From Chlorokybus atmophyticus (taxonomy: Eukaryota; Plantae; Mesostigma and Chlorokybus algae), in assembly GCA_009103225.1 (NCBI GenBank), contig RHPI01002998.1, positions 1-64,000 on the forward strand: a stretch of 64,000 bases of DNA, given 5' to 3'. How positions within the stretch are numbered: the first letter of the stretch is position 1; each line of letters begins with the position of its first letter. This document shows positions 13,125-24,891 of the stretch, one piece after another. Position numbers and translations under genes: made by a program. Below the pieces are notes generated by a model that worked only from the letters and a program-made list of their open reading frames with translations, was not told where the DNA came from and did not search any database.

Positions 13125-14123
13125 CTATGGGACAGGCTTGTCGTTGGAGAGGTTGGGGCAGTTCGCCACGCGGTGGCCTTTCTCCCCGCACTTGAGACAC
13201 AGTCCGGCTTTGAAGCGTGCATTGCTCAGCTCCACGCAGACTCCGGGAATGCTGGTAGCGCTTCTTATTGACTGGCTAAAAGGGCTGCTTGCCCTTGCCG
13301 TTTGGGCGGCCGCGCTTGCGACTGTTGTTGCCACTGCCACTTCCCACAGCGGGAGTGGTCGAGCTCGAGGGCTGGTTGGCAACAATGGCCAACTTCTGTG
13401 CCTAATTGATCATTCGTTGGCTGTTGTCATACTGCACAGCCGTGCGCTTCATCAAGTCATAGTCAGCATGCGTGAAGGACTCCAGGCCCTCCTTGAAGGT
13501 CAATTACTTTGTCGTTTCCTCGGGCAAAGCCGCCCAGTACTTGTCCATCTTCTCTGCCTCTGACAAGGGCATGTCGGGGCCAACTTCGGCACACACCGAC
13601 TCGAAGTAGACAGTGAAGTCCTCAATGGACTGATTGGGCTTGACTTTCAAGCGTCTCAACTTGTTACGCGCCTTCTGTGACGGGTTTACACCCCCGTAGG
13701 CCTGCAACATAGCAGTCTCAAACACGTCAAGGCTTGCGACATCCTTGCCAGCAGCCTCAAGACGTGGGGAAGCCCCTTCCCACATGCGGGCAGCACTTCC
13801 CCGCAAGTAGGATGCAAAAAGCGACACCGCTTTGGCCTCAAGCCCAGGCAATACCTCAGCGGCATGCAACACACGCTTACAACCAGAAGGCAACCAGAAG
13901 GGTAGTCACGCACGGCAACACCAAGATCCTTGCCCTTCCCATTATGGGCACCGGAGAAGAACTCCAAGTGTGGCATCATCTTGTGGGTGTTTGCGGCTGC
14001 CATCTTGGCTAGCTGCTGCTCGTGTTGCTCCTTCATGGAGGCATTGGCCGTGACCATGGCTTGCACCTGGTTTTGCAGCTCTATCACTTGGGCCGCGAGT
14101 GCGTTGGCATCTGGATCAGTCAT
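13125..14123 (-). pseudogene. gag: Frameshifted gag with CCHC zinc knuckle
   Basis: Retrotrans_gag-like YLRGSAARMWE...SQKARNKLRRLKV..QSIEDFTVYF, plus CLKCGEKGHRVANC, in different frames. Confidence 0.9.
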
Positions 14124-14426
14124 TGTCGAAGGAAAATCTGCTCGTGCACAAGCACGTAATGAGTGTAGTGTTCAACACACACACGCGCGCACAAGTCCAG
14201 CTGTGCACGCAGCAAAACGCAGCGAAAATGCACACAACTAGTGCGCAAATCAGCGTGAATACAACCCACACCGTGCATGCAAGTGTGCGTGCAGCTGGTG
14301 CAACCAACTACATGCACAATCAGCGTGCAAACACTGCCATGTAGCGCGTGCAAGCAAAGAATGCAACACACGTACCGTGTAGCAAGTGTACAAGCTTATG
14401 GGCAAGCATGCAAGGCTTGAAAACAA

Positions 14427-14439
14427 GCTCTGAGACCAA
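14427..14439 (-). promoter_or_regulatory. Primer-binding site (TTGGTCTCAGAGC), initiator-tRNA-Met-like
   Basis: Directly follows the 5' LTR on the minus strand. One mismatch to the canonical TGGTATCAGAGC. Confidence 0.85.
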
Positions 14440-15294
14440 TGTAACGTGGGACACACACTTACCTGCTCGTGTATGTCACATACTTGTGCACACGCACAAG
14501 AACTTCTTCACAACATACCACGGTGCAGCACCTTGTTGAAGGAATGACCAGCACCGCAACGGGATGGAGAGGATGCACAACAAACCCTCCACTCAGCTCA
14601 CACACACTCAAGCACACCCTACTCACGTGCAAGGCTGCTACGGACACTACACCCCACTTGGGATGAGAGGGAGAGCCCCTTGAACAACTGAGCTAGGCAC
14701 CCCACACACAAGAGTCGAGTATGCACATGCTGAGCTGCCTCAACACTTGTTGAGGCCGTTCATATACCCCCTCTTTGCTGCTCTCCGACCTAGAACAACC
14801 ATGTCCAAGGCTACTTGCCTTGTCATGGCTGCGTTGACCTATACTCATGCCTAGGAGCTGCCACATCAGTCCTAGGACATCTTGTCAACGCCCAAGACTG
14901 ATCACACATCAGCCTCGGACATTGTGAACGCCCAAGGCTGGTCACATCAGTCTAGGACCTCATACATATGCATACATATGCGGACATATGCATACACATG
15001 CATACATCACTCATATCCGCACATATGAACTCATATGCGGACACATGCATGCATATGCAACCATATGCATATACATGCGGACATATGACACCGACCAGCT
15101 CTGTGCTTGCTAGTAGACAGTGCTTATGTGTAGCTACAATGCCCTTGCACACTAAATGCACAAGAACTAACTTCATGAGCACATATGCCAAGCACTACAC
15201 AACTTGACTATACGGGATCCTCACTTAGTTCTTCTTACTTACCACATAAGTAAGGAACATGAGAGTGACTTTTGCCAGCCCTTTGGGCGTGACA
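14440..15294 (-). repeat. 5' LTR (855 bp)
   Basis: Near-identical to 8086-8959, with TG...CA ends. Confidence 0.96.
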
Positions 15295-16617
15295 GCTCGT
15301 GCACATGACGACCACAATGGTGTTATACGTTATAACTTAAACTTTAGCACTTCATGGTGTTGTATGTATCTTATACATCATTTGATAATATAATAATAAT
15401 ATCATATATACCAAAACACTGTTTTGTATAATGTATAATCACGAAATTAACAACTCAAGAATTACAGATCTCTACTTGACAATAATGCTTAATGGGCTCA
15501 ACTTCGATAAGCATTTGAGATGCTATTTGCAATTATACAAATTCTTTATGAAAACTTACAACCCATTAAAGATGAACTTCACCCCAACGTTTATGTGATA
15601 TTCTGTGCTTACACACTGTGCAGCACAGTTGCTCTTGTAGATAAATATCATATGCTTTTTTAGTTTTCAAGTACATCATCATCAATAGTTGTATACGGCT
15701 ATGAGGCATTTATTAAAAAAAGTGTTGTGGTTGGTGAGTTGTCATAATCTTTAACATGGTATTTTGCAAAGAGCTTTAATTTCAACAACTTTCTCCTAGT
15801 GTTACTACATCTTTTCAATCAACAACATTGCTGTTTGGAACATTGTGCTCTACCACTAAATAGTTGTGACAACAATCATTACAAGTCAAACAAACATGTA
15901 TAATATGACATTGAGCTTTGTAATTGTATACTTGTCATCACACGCATATGTTTATAATGCATTTAGGGATGACACCGTGTGATATTTATGTTAAGATGAT
16001 CATTATGCAAATATACAATGATAAGGCAACAAGGTTGATAAACCATGATCTATTATTGGCGCAAAGCATCAGCTGATCTATTATATTTGAGTACTTCTTG
16101 GATAAAATGAGTGGTACCCTCTCATGCATGTGATAATATGAGTAATCTTTCACACGTGTACATTTGTGAGTTTTATTACAGAAAATGTCTGTAATTCATA
16201 CCATATGTAGTAAAAGGTGTAAAAGAGCAATATGTGTCAATTTTATTAATATAAAACGATTGAATGTGTCATGTGAACCTCGAGGTTCGTTTGTAAATGT
16301 TATCTTATTAATATGAGGACAACATTTGACTTATATAATTTATTATAAAGTCTCAGATAAAACAGTGGTTTACAAGATCCCTCTTCATGTACATGTAGGG
16401 TTGAGTCGTATGTAATACGTGCCGCATCACATCAAGTGGAAGTTTACGGAGCATGAGGCTCTTTGATGGTATGAGGTCACCTTGTCACACATACACATAC
16501 ACATAATTTGGTGCGTAGCATACAAGTTAGTTCAACTGCATGGCTCAGTTGCACCCATAAATGATACATACACATCATGTGTATATAAACGGACATCAGT
16601 GATGTCTTTGAGATATA

Positions 16618-19600
16618 GGGTCAAATGCTCTTATTTCGGCGCCTGCCCTTATATCGGCGATGGCGGTTTTTTGAGCGTTGTCTGCGCTGTTTTGATTGGA
16701 TTGGCTCTTGTGGGCTGTTAGCTACGTTCCATATTGACCGTCCAATTCAATTGGCATCGCATTTGAAGCAGTATAGCGGGAGATATGAAATTTCAAATAT
16801 ACATAGTTTAGGTAAAATGCATGTTAGCATCTTGTAACTGGAACAACTTTTGAATGGCAATGCCTTTTGGGGTGTGGTTTGTTGCAACGCTCGAGTTACT
16901 TAACAAAGCAACTTGTCATAGATTTTCAGCCTAATTGAATAAGATTTGAGCAAGTTAGTGTGGCAAGCCTATCGCGTGTCGTTGTAACATCTTTGGAATT
17001 TATAATAGCTATAACCCTTGAATGGGGGTAGCTATTAACGTGGAGTTTGTTGCATGGCTTTAGTAAATAGGAAATACAACTCATCACAAAGTTGCAGCCT
17101 ATTTAGATAGGAAACAAAAAAGTTAGTGTGCCACTCATAACGCAACCAATTGTAAAGTGCAAACTATCGTGGATGGGGGTGTTTGCTGCTTGTCGTAGCG
17201 CGTGTGAGTTGTTGGTTTGGCTAAATGTTAGTGTTGTGCTGAGTGTTAGCTGCTACTTTGCGTGGATGCAAGTAGTTGGGGACATTGCTGGCATGCAAGT
17301 TGCTGTGTGAGCACACGAACTTGGTGGGAGGGAGTTGCATTGCAAGGAGGCTATGCCTACACAAGTAAGTTGCTGTTTACTACGCTAGGCTGATGCTATG
17401 CTTGTCTACTATTGGGCTCAAAGGTCTTCTCATCCTCGCCCATGTGGTTCACCTATTGCCAGCATATTACTATGCCTTATCTCAAGCACTCTGTTGGCAG
17501 GTGAGAAGGACTGCAGGCAGTGCCAAACGCATCACCAACAAACAGGTTCAGCTGCGCGCAAAGGCACAGCTGAACCATTACAAGAGGGGGCCATACATGA
17601 AAAATAAGGAGACAAAAGCACTGCTGCCCAAGGTGCGAGAGGCCATCCAAGCTGTGCAGCAGGGCTGCATGTCTGCGTGTGAGGCTGCAAGAGAGGTTGG
17701 CCTGCCAAAGTCAACCATGAAGGACTACGTTGCTCACCCTGCACGCTTAGACAAATACAAGTGAGTTCTGGTTCTGTGCATGTCACCTGTTACATGCTTG
17801 TGAGTGCCATTGTGCAAGGGGTCATGCTTGCACATGTTATGTTTCAGATGAGCGGGGAGGCCTACCTTGCTTACTGTAGAAGAGGAGTGCAAAGTGGTGC
17901 AGTTACTTACATGGCAGAATGATAGTGGGTGTGCCATGACGCAGTTAGACATCCAGGTGCATGTAGGCAAATTGCTCTTCAACGATGCAAGACGACTGCA
18001 GCTCAAAGATGGCATACTTGGTGCAAGATGGGTCCGCCTCTTCATGAAGGGGCACAAGCTTAGCAAGCGTAAAGCAGAAGCTGTCGATGCCAGCAGGCGT
18101 CACAGCTTTCGAAGGTGGATTGTCAAGGATTATTTTAAGCGCCTGAAGGAGGTCCTTGACTTCATGAAGATTGGGCCTAACCGTATCATCTCCTGCGACG
18201 AGATAGGCATTAAGCCAGACTCCACCTTGAAAAACACACAAGTCATAGTGAAAAGGTTAGTGTTATGCACGTGGTGTAAGTTGCAGCTTGACTACTAACA
18301 CAACACATGACTGACACATACCTCTGTGTACAGCAATTCCAGATATGCACAACTGGCTATATCTGAAGCGAGGCAGCACATAACATTGATGGCAGCGTGT
18401 CACTACAGCTGGAGTTGCAATCCCTCCCACAACAGTCCTAACAGGCAAGCATATCTATCCAGAATGGGGAGACGCTTTTGACCTGCCTGTTGCTAGCCTC
18501 AGCTGCTAAGAAAATGCATGGATGACTACTGAGCACTTCTCCACGTGGATTGACTACCTGCAGCTCAACATGCCTGATGGTACTAATTCTTCTAATCCTG
18601 CTCTGCTGATCTGTGATGGACACGTTAGCCGGTACAATGTTAGTACGATAGACAAGTGCAAGGACATGGGACTGGAGATCCTTGTGCTCCCGCCACACAC
18701 GACACGCAGGCTGCAAATGCTGGACGTGGCATGCTTCAGCAGCTTTTAATTTGTGTACAAGAAGGAGTATCAAGCATGGCTCAACACGCACATGCATGTA
18801 AGAGGGCTACCTAACGAAGACTCTTGAGCATCTTTCTGAAGATGCTCAAGCCATGCTTTGTGCAAGGGCTGAGTGCAAGCAACATACTAGCAGGCTTCAA
18901 GGCATGCGGTAAGCATGCATGCAGTAACACATAATCGTGCATGCATGCATGCAACTCAACCTACATGTCTATGCAGGCATATCACCTTGGAATGATGCAG
19001 CAGTGGACAAGTACCTACCCAAAAAGCCACCAAAGGGGCTGCTTGATGTATTGGCAGCTGCACTGGACGAAGGCAGCAACGACCCTGCAGACATGGAGGA
19101 GGAGACCAATGCTAGTCTGGAGACAGAGGGTTCAGCTGCCAACGCCAGTCGATAACTGCAAAGAAGAAATGCAAAGTGGGGGTGAGGCCAGCAACGGCAG
19201 AATGGTTGACACATGCAGAAATACGCAACAGGCAGAACCAGCTTGAGGAGGAGAGAAGGCTTGAGAAAGAGGCCATCCAGCAGAGGAAGGAAGCCCGTGC
19301 AGCATCAGCAGAACAGCGAGCTCCTGCTGCAGCAGAGAAAGCTGAGGCTGCTGCAGCAAGGTGAGAGGAACAAGCCAGAGGCAGCAGCAGAGCATGCAAA
19401 CAAACAAGCAAGCAAGGAAGCAGGCAAAAGCAGCGTAGACAGCAGCAAGACAAGCTGCTGAAGCACAAGCACAAGCTGAGAGACATGAGGGTAAACGCTT
19501 GGAGGAAGAGCAGCGTGCAAGGATAAGGCAGGAGGCATGCGACTTGCTGGACAGGTGGGATTGGGACCCTATGCTGTGGGTGTTAGAGCATCATCTCCCC

Positions 19601-20263
19601 TTCCTCAACTTGGGCAAATGGATGCATGCATGCATCCTCCGCCCCCGCCCAAGCCCGGAGGGGTAGACTAGCAGGAACAAAGTGGCGGGCCAAGCGCGCA
19701 GCTCAACTCAAAAGATAGTAGCCTAGCTAGCATACATTGAAACCCTTGTACATGCAACACTCCAAACCCTACAACAGGCACGCCTACATGCTTACCATGC
19801 TACTGCTGTCGCCGCCCACCTCGCCCACGTGCACAACAAGATGCTACGCTAACCTTGCCTTGCATTGCAGAGAAGCTGTCACTCTCTTCCCACCATAACT
19901 GAGGCGAGAAAAAATGACAGCTGCCTCACTGTGGCAGCAAACAGGCAGCTGTCACTATCAGCACAACTGAACCCTCACATCAGCCGCCACTGACAGGCAA
20001 TGGCCGACGCCATTCCTATCGGTATACACCTGAATGTGCCGCCGAAATAAGGTACTGGACGATTTTGACCTGTAGCATTTACACATGCCCCTTTGGTGCT
20101 GCGACATAACCGCCGCGTTATTGGCTAGAATTCAATATAAATATCTACGTGTAGGCAACTTGATAAGCTATAACTCATTCACTCACATCACCGCCAAAAA
20201 ACAAACAACATAACCGCTGTGATGGCCCAAACCTTATTTAGCCGAAATTAGGGCATTTCACCC
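16618..20263 (+). mobile_element. pogo/Fot1-like (IS630-Tc1-mariner superfamily) DNA transposon
   Basis: 23-bp TIRs GGGTCAAATGCTCTTATTTCGGC (16618-16640) and its reverse-complement partner at 20241-20263 (20/23 identical). TA lies outside both ends. An internal transposase is present. Confidence 0.88.
17353..19461 (+). pseudogene. Intron-containing DD35D transposase (HTH-psq + HTH-CENPB + DDE_1), disabled
   Basis: MSACEAAREVGLPKSTMKDYV (HTH). GRPTLLTVEEECKVV..GARWVRLFMKGH (CENPB). CDEIG / LICDGH / LPPHTTRRLQMLDV give 35 residues between the 2nd and 3rd Asp. NILAGFKACGISPWN follows. Apparent introns at 17365-17500, ~17760-17848, ~18256-18333 and ~18909-18977. In-frame TAA at ~18508 and ~18747, plus frameshifts. 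Confidence 0.9.
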
Positions 20264-20852
20264 TAGTGCAAGCATGCGAAGACAATATGCTTGGGCAATA
20301 ACATAGCTTGATTCAGACGGCGGTGGTATGATAACAACATAGTATGTTGTTACCATAATGCGGGGTATCATGGTAACAACTGTTCGTATACCTTTGCCAT
20401 CTCACGATTCACATTAATTAACAATTAATAAACTGACAGCCATTTTTTGCTATACAGCAAGTCCATGGCCTAGCTATTCTATCATGCAAGTGCTAGCCAA
20501 CATGCAGTTACCAGGTAACTGCCGTTGCATCATTCTCTGTAGTTCGCTGGTAGAGAGACATGTGCGTGTTCTGGCTGGTGTCTGCTGCAAGTGTGTGCTT
20601 GGCGAGCACTGCTTTCTGCGCGTGCATGACTTATATATTGAATAATAAGCCTTTAAGGGGAGGAAGGCGGCCGCCAGCCCCCACCGTCATCAGACACAGC
20701 GTAACAGCGTTACGTCCCAGCACGAGTCAATTTTAGGCGGGGTGCACCAGCCCACTTGCTGAGCCCTGAGTCCATCCTCCAGCCCACCAGGCCGGAGCGA
20801 CAAGGGCGGGGAGGGCAAGCCAGGCCAGGCCAGGCCAGGCCAGGGGAGCACA

Positions 20853-22325
20853 ATGGCGATGAGGAGCGTGTCGACGTCATCCTCTCACCCTCCGGGCCGG
20901 CCGCTGAGAGTGCAGGCTGAGGCGGCGGGGGTAGCGGCTCCGGGGGTTGCTGAGCAGGAGGATGGGCTGCTCCAGCAACAGCAGCACAAGGAGCTGCCTG
21001 GGCCTAGGCCTGGGCCTGGGCCTGGACCTGGGGTTGGGCCTGGGGCTGGTCTTGGGAAGAGGCTGACCAGACGCTATCGGCGCCCTGGACGCCAGGCCGC
21101 CCTGACCAGGCCGGCCCTGCGGCGACTTGCACGCCGCGCTGGAGTCAAACGGATTTCGGCGGAGGTTCTGCATGCCGCCCGGATCGCCTTACACGTAAAG
21201 ATGGAATAACATGTGCACATGCCAGCGCCAGTACATGCACGCGCATAAGCTCCCCTCCATGCATGCATGCATGCGTGCATCCCTCCACTGGAGGGATGCC
21301 ATGCATGTGTCACCATGTGTCGCCGTGTGCATGCATGCATGCAAAGACATTGACACACACATGCTTCCGAGGCATACATGAGGCATGCAAGCACGCACCC
21401 TGCGTGGCACACAAGCCACCTGCATGCATAGAAGCGACAACTTCAAGCATGCATGCATGCTTGCATGCTTGTTGACCACGCCACGATACACACAATGTGT
21501 GCCCAATCGTGACCTGCCGCGATTGTTGCTTCCGTAACCGTGGTCGTGCCTCGCGTGTGTATCCGGCAGGATTTCCTCCTGGAAGCCGTCCGCGGCTGCG
21601 CCCTGTACGCCGAGTCCGCCCGCCGCCGCACGGTCCTGACGGCCGACGCCGTGCACGCGCTCAAGAGGATGGGGAGGACCATCTACTTCTATGAAGTGGA
21701 CCAGGGGGAACACTACCACCAGCAGCTGGCATGCAGACAACGACGAGGAGGAGGAAGACCAGGAGGACAGCATCAAGGAGGACAGGTGTGTATGTATGTC
21801 ATGCATCGGTGGTGTGCAGACCTGTGGTTGTTGAAGGGCTGTCCTTGTCTTGATGTGTGGTGTGTTGGGTTTGCGTGCATGTGCATGTGCAGCAGGAGGG
21901 GGAGCGACGTCAGTCCAATGCAAGGGAGGTGATTGATGTCGAGAACCTCCAGAACACCACCACCACTACCAACATTAACCACACCACCACCACCACCACC
22001 AACCACCACCACCACAGCAACAGTGGCGAGGGTCATGTGGGTCCCAGTGGGGCAGGAGGAGTCACAAGAGCTCCTGTTGAAGTCAGCCCAGAGAGAGAGG
22101 AGCTCATCCGTCGAGCGATGGGAGACCACATGCGGGGACGCGATAAATGCACGGTACGGTGAGAGTGTGTGTGTGTGGGTGTGTGGGTATGTGACTGTGC
22201 ATGTGTGTGCGTGTGAGAGAGTCATCAGTTGTGATGTGGTGATGTGTGTGCAGGTCGCTGCGGCGCTTGCGGGGTTGAATGAGAGGGTGGAAGTGACACA
22301 GGAAGAACTGCTGAGCGTGGTGAAG
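20853..22325 (+). CDS. Divergent histone H4-like protein with N- and C-terminal extensions (3' end unresolved)
   Basis: Exon 20853-21194 ends GLGKRLTRRYRRPGRQAALTRPALRRLARRAGVKRISAEVLHAARIALH. A phase-0 intron (21195-21569) joins it to DFLLEAVRGCALYAESARRRTVLTADAVHALKRMGRTIYFY. Further in-frame exons at 21893-22153 and 22254-22325. The stop codon was not identified. Confidence 0.85.
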
Positions 22326-23386
22326 GTGAGTAACATAAGGCATGCGGGCGTGTGCTAATGTGTATATGTGCGTGTGCATCATATTCTGCGTATGTGTGTC
22401 CGTGCACGCATGCATGCACGCACGCACGCACGCACGTGGAAGTGTGCTTGTTGTCCTGGCTGTTGTTGATGTTGCACATCAATGCATGCCGGTTCATCCA
22501 TGTACTGCACTCTGCACGTGTACGGTAATATGCGTGCAGACACATGTCCACAACAAGTTGAGCCAGTATGCACACAGATACTGCTATTGTTACTGATACT
22601 TCACATCAACATCATGCTGGCAGAAACTGGACGCAAGCAATGCCATCATGTACATACCCGAAACCAACACCATATACAATCTGGAGCTGTGAGAGCGTTG
22701 ACCCACTCCATTCGTGTTATTCTCGTCAAGTCCTTATGTGACACGTAATACTCTATATGTTGCAGATGTGACATAGCTTAGTGGCAACAGCCAGTCGTGT
22801 AGCTGCTGTAATGCATGTCAATGCAAGAACTGGGGTCATTGTCTATGCCTGGTGTATAGGCTTGACTTCTCAAAGCATGTATGCATTCCACCACCACGAA
22901 CTTTGTAGTCAGCACAAATCGCATCCCTCGAACACATGCACAACCTGCGGTGACTCGTATTGTCGGTTACTGCACACGTCATACGGTGCAGAAGTTGATG
23001 ACAGTGTTTGGGGTATAGTCATGGTAATAACACAGGCCGGAAGATGTCGCAATGATGCCCGCAATTGGCGCGCTCTGTAGGTGCCTGCGTGCCCAATCGG
23101 CATTCGTCCAGTGCATGTGTGCATGTGCGCACGCGTCCAAGTGCCCGAGTGTGTGAGGGCACTTGCATGTCAATGATGATAGTGTTGTGCACGTATGAGG
23201 GCGCTCATGTGTACGCGCATGTGTGTGGCACACACATGTACCTACGGCGGCCTTGACAAAGCCACTCGCAAGCATAACGCTTGCGAGTACGTCATCAACG
23301 TTGTCACAACCAACAATTTGGGAAACTCAAACTTCTTAGAAAAGCTAACACTACTTACAATGAGCTGAGGCATACGTGTGGGTTCA

Positions 23387-24857
23387 TCACGAAAGACAGT
23401 TGCTGTCTTCTAAGCAACTACGTATGCTGCCCGCCATCCGTATGGCTCGTAAGCTGTCATTGATAGGCCTGCTGAAACCGCCCTGACAAGAACAAACAAA
23501 ACACAGGACTCGTCAGCATTTCAGTAATGGTCGATGCAAGAAAGGCTCAAGTCAAGATCAATGAAGTAACGATAAAAAGAACCAGTGAGTGAACAGCTGG
23601 ATGTGTATAAATGGCATACAGAGAGGACCACTTAACGGTTGCAGAGTCGAAAAAGACTGTTCATGAGGAAAGATGTCTAGTTGAAAAGTGGTTTCACACA
23701 CACACGCACATGCAGAGAGAATGAGTCGTTCTTCCATACGTACCTCTGATCGCCACAAGCCGTCGTTTTTCCTCCGTGGGATGATGTGAAAATGCAGCTG
23801 CGCGCACACAACCACAAGTTACGTCTCCGTGACACATACACACGCACGCATCCCAATTCGTCTCATGCGCACACGACCACATACGTGGAACACCACTTGG
23901 CCTGCGCTGCGTCCGCAGTTGGCGAGCATGTTGAACGAGTCCGTGTTTGTGGCCTGCAGTATGGCCCGGGACACGCGCGGGACGGCAGCGCACATCGCCG
24001 CAGCAACCTGCATGATTGAGATGAAAGGTGGTATCCATGTTACTCACCTCATAACAACCAAACTACAATGTTCATTGCACGCGCGCTCGCGCCCACGCCC
24101 ACGTACATATCCATGCACATGTGCACCTACCGTTGGTGGAGCGGATTCTAAGGAGGGAAAATGTCGTTTGGGCAGCACGAGCGTGTGCCTGAGCACGCGC
24201 GCACGCACGCACGCACGCAATGTCAGTCTCAATCTGTGTTTGCAGCACCGACGCCATGCAACGTATGCTGTGCTGTTCTTACCCTGGGCATAGTGGGTTG
24301 CTGTCGAGTATGCAGATGCACTCCTCGTTCTCGTATACCTGTTGCAATATACCTTGTTGATGAGCTGCTCATAAACACGTACGCACACAAACAAATCTGC
24401 AGGCATACGCACATGCGCACACGCTTGACAGCGACGCATCAGCACATGCATCCCTGTAACAATGTGTGCGCAGCAATGTACAGAACTCTGTAAGCGCTTG
24501 GTGGTAAACCTACAGTTCTTGCACATACACTCATACGTCATGGGTACGTGTGTCCACATAGACAAACTCATCGTGCTTGCACACATGCATGCAGGAGGGT
24601 CAACGCACACTCGCGCACACGCACGCGTGCGCTTGCGTGTGCACGAGGGCGTGTGTCAGCGCAACCACGATGTGGTATGTGCGGTCTCTCCACCACTGCA
24701 GACACCCTGTAGAAGCAAAAGGCACACCGCACCGTACGCACCTTGTGACAGGGCGATCGTCCCTGCACGATGCGGCAGAACACGCAGCTGTCGTCCAACG
24801 CGCCCCAGTGAGCAGCACTGCCGTCGCGACCGCTACTGCTGACGCTACTACCTGTGT

Positions 24858-24891
<34 letters not shown>

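Larger units (their letters stand above)
8086..15294 (-). mobile_element. Full-length Ty3/gypsy chromovirus-type LTR retrotransposon, degenerate
   Basis: Two LTRs with TG...CA ends (8086-8959 and 14440-15294). Flanks GCTCA (8081-8085) and GCTCG (15295-15299) form a 5-bp TSD with one mismatch. PBS, PPT, and gag-PR-RT-RH-IN-chromo order on the minus strand. Confidence 0.97.

Noticed and set aside
9136-13563. Plus-strand ORFs (e.g. 9136-9786, 11187-11690, 12976-13563)
   Set aside because: Antisense shadows of gag-pol with no independent motifs.
19620-19637. Perfect 18-bp palindrome GGATGCATGCATGCATCC in the pogo element
   Set aside because: Explained by the ubiquitous self-complementary (ATGC)n repeats in this genome.
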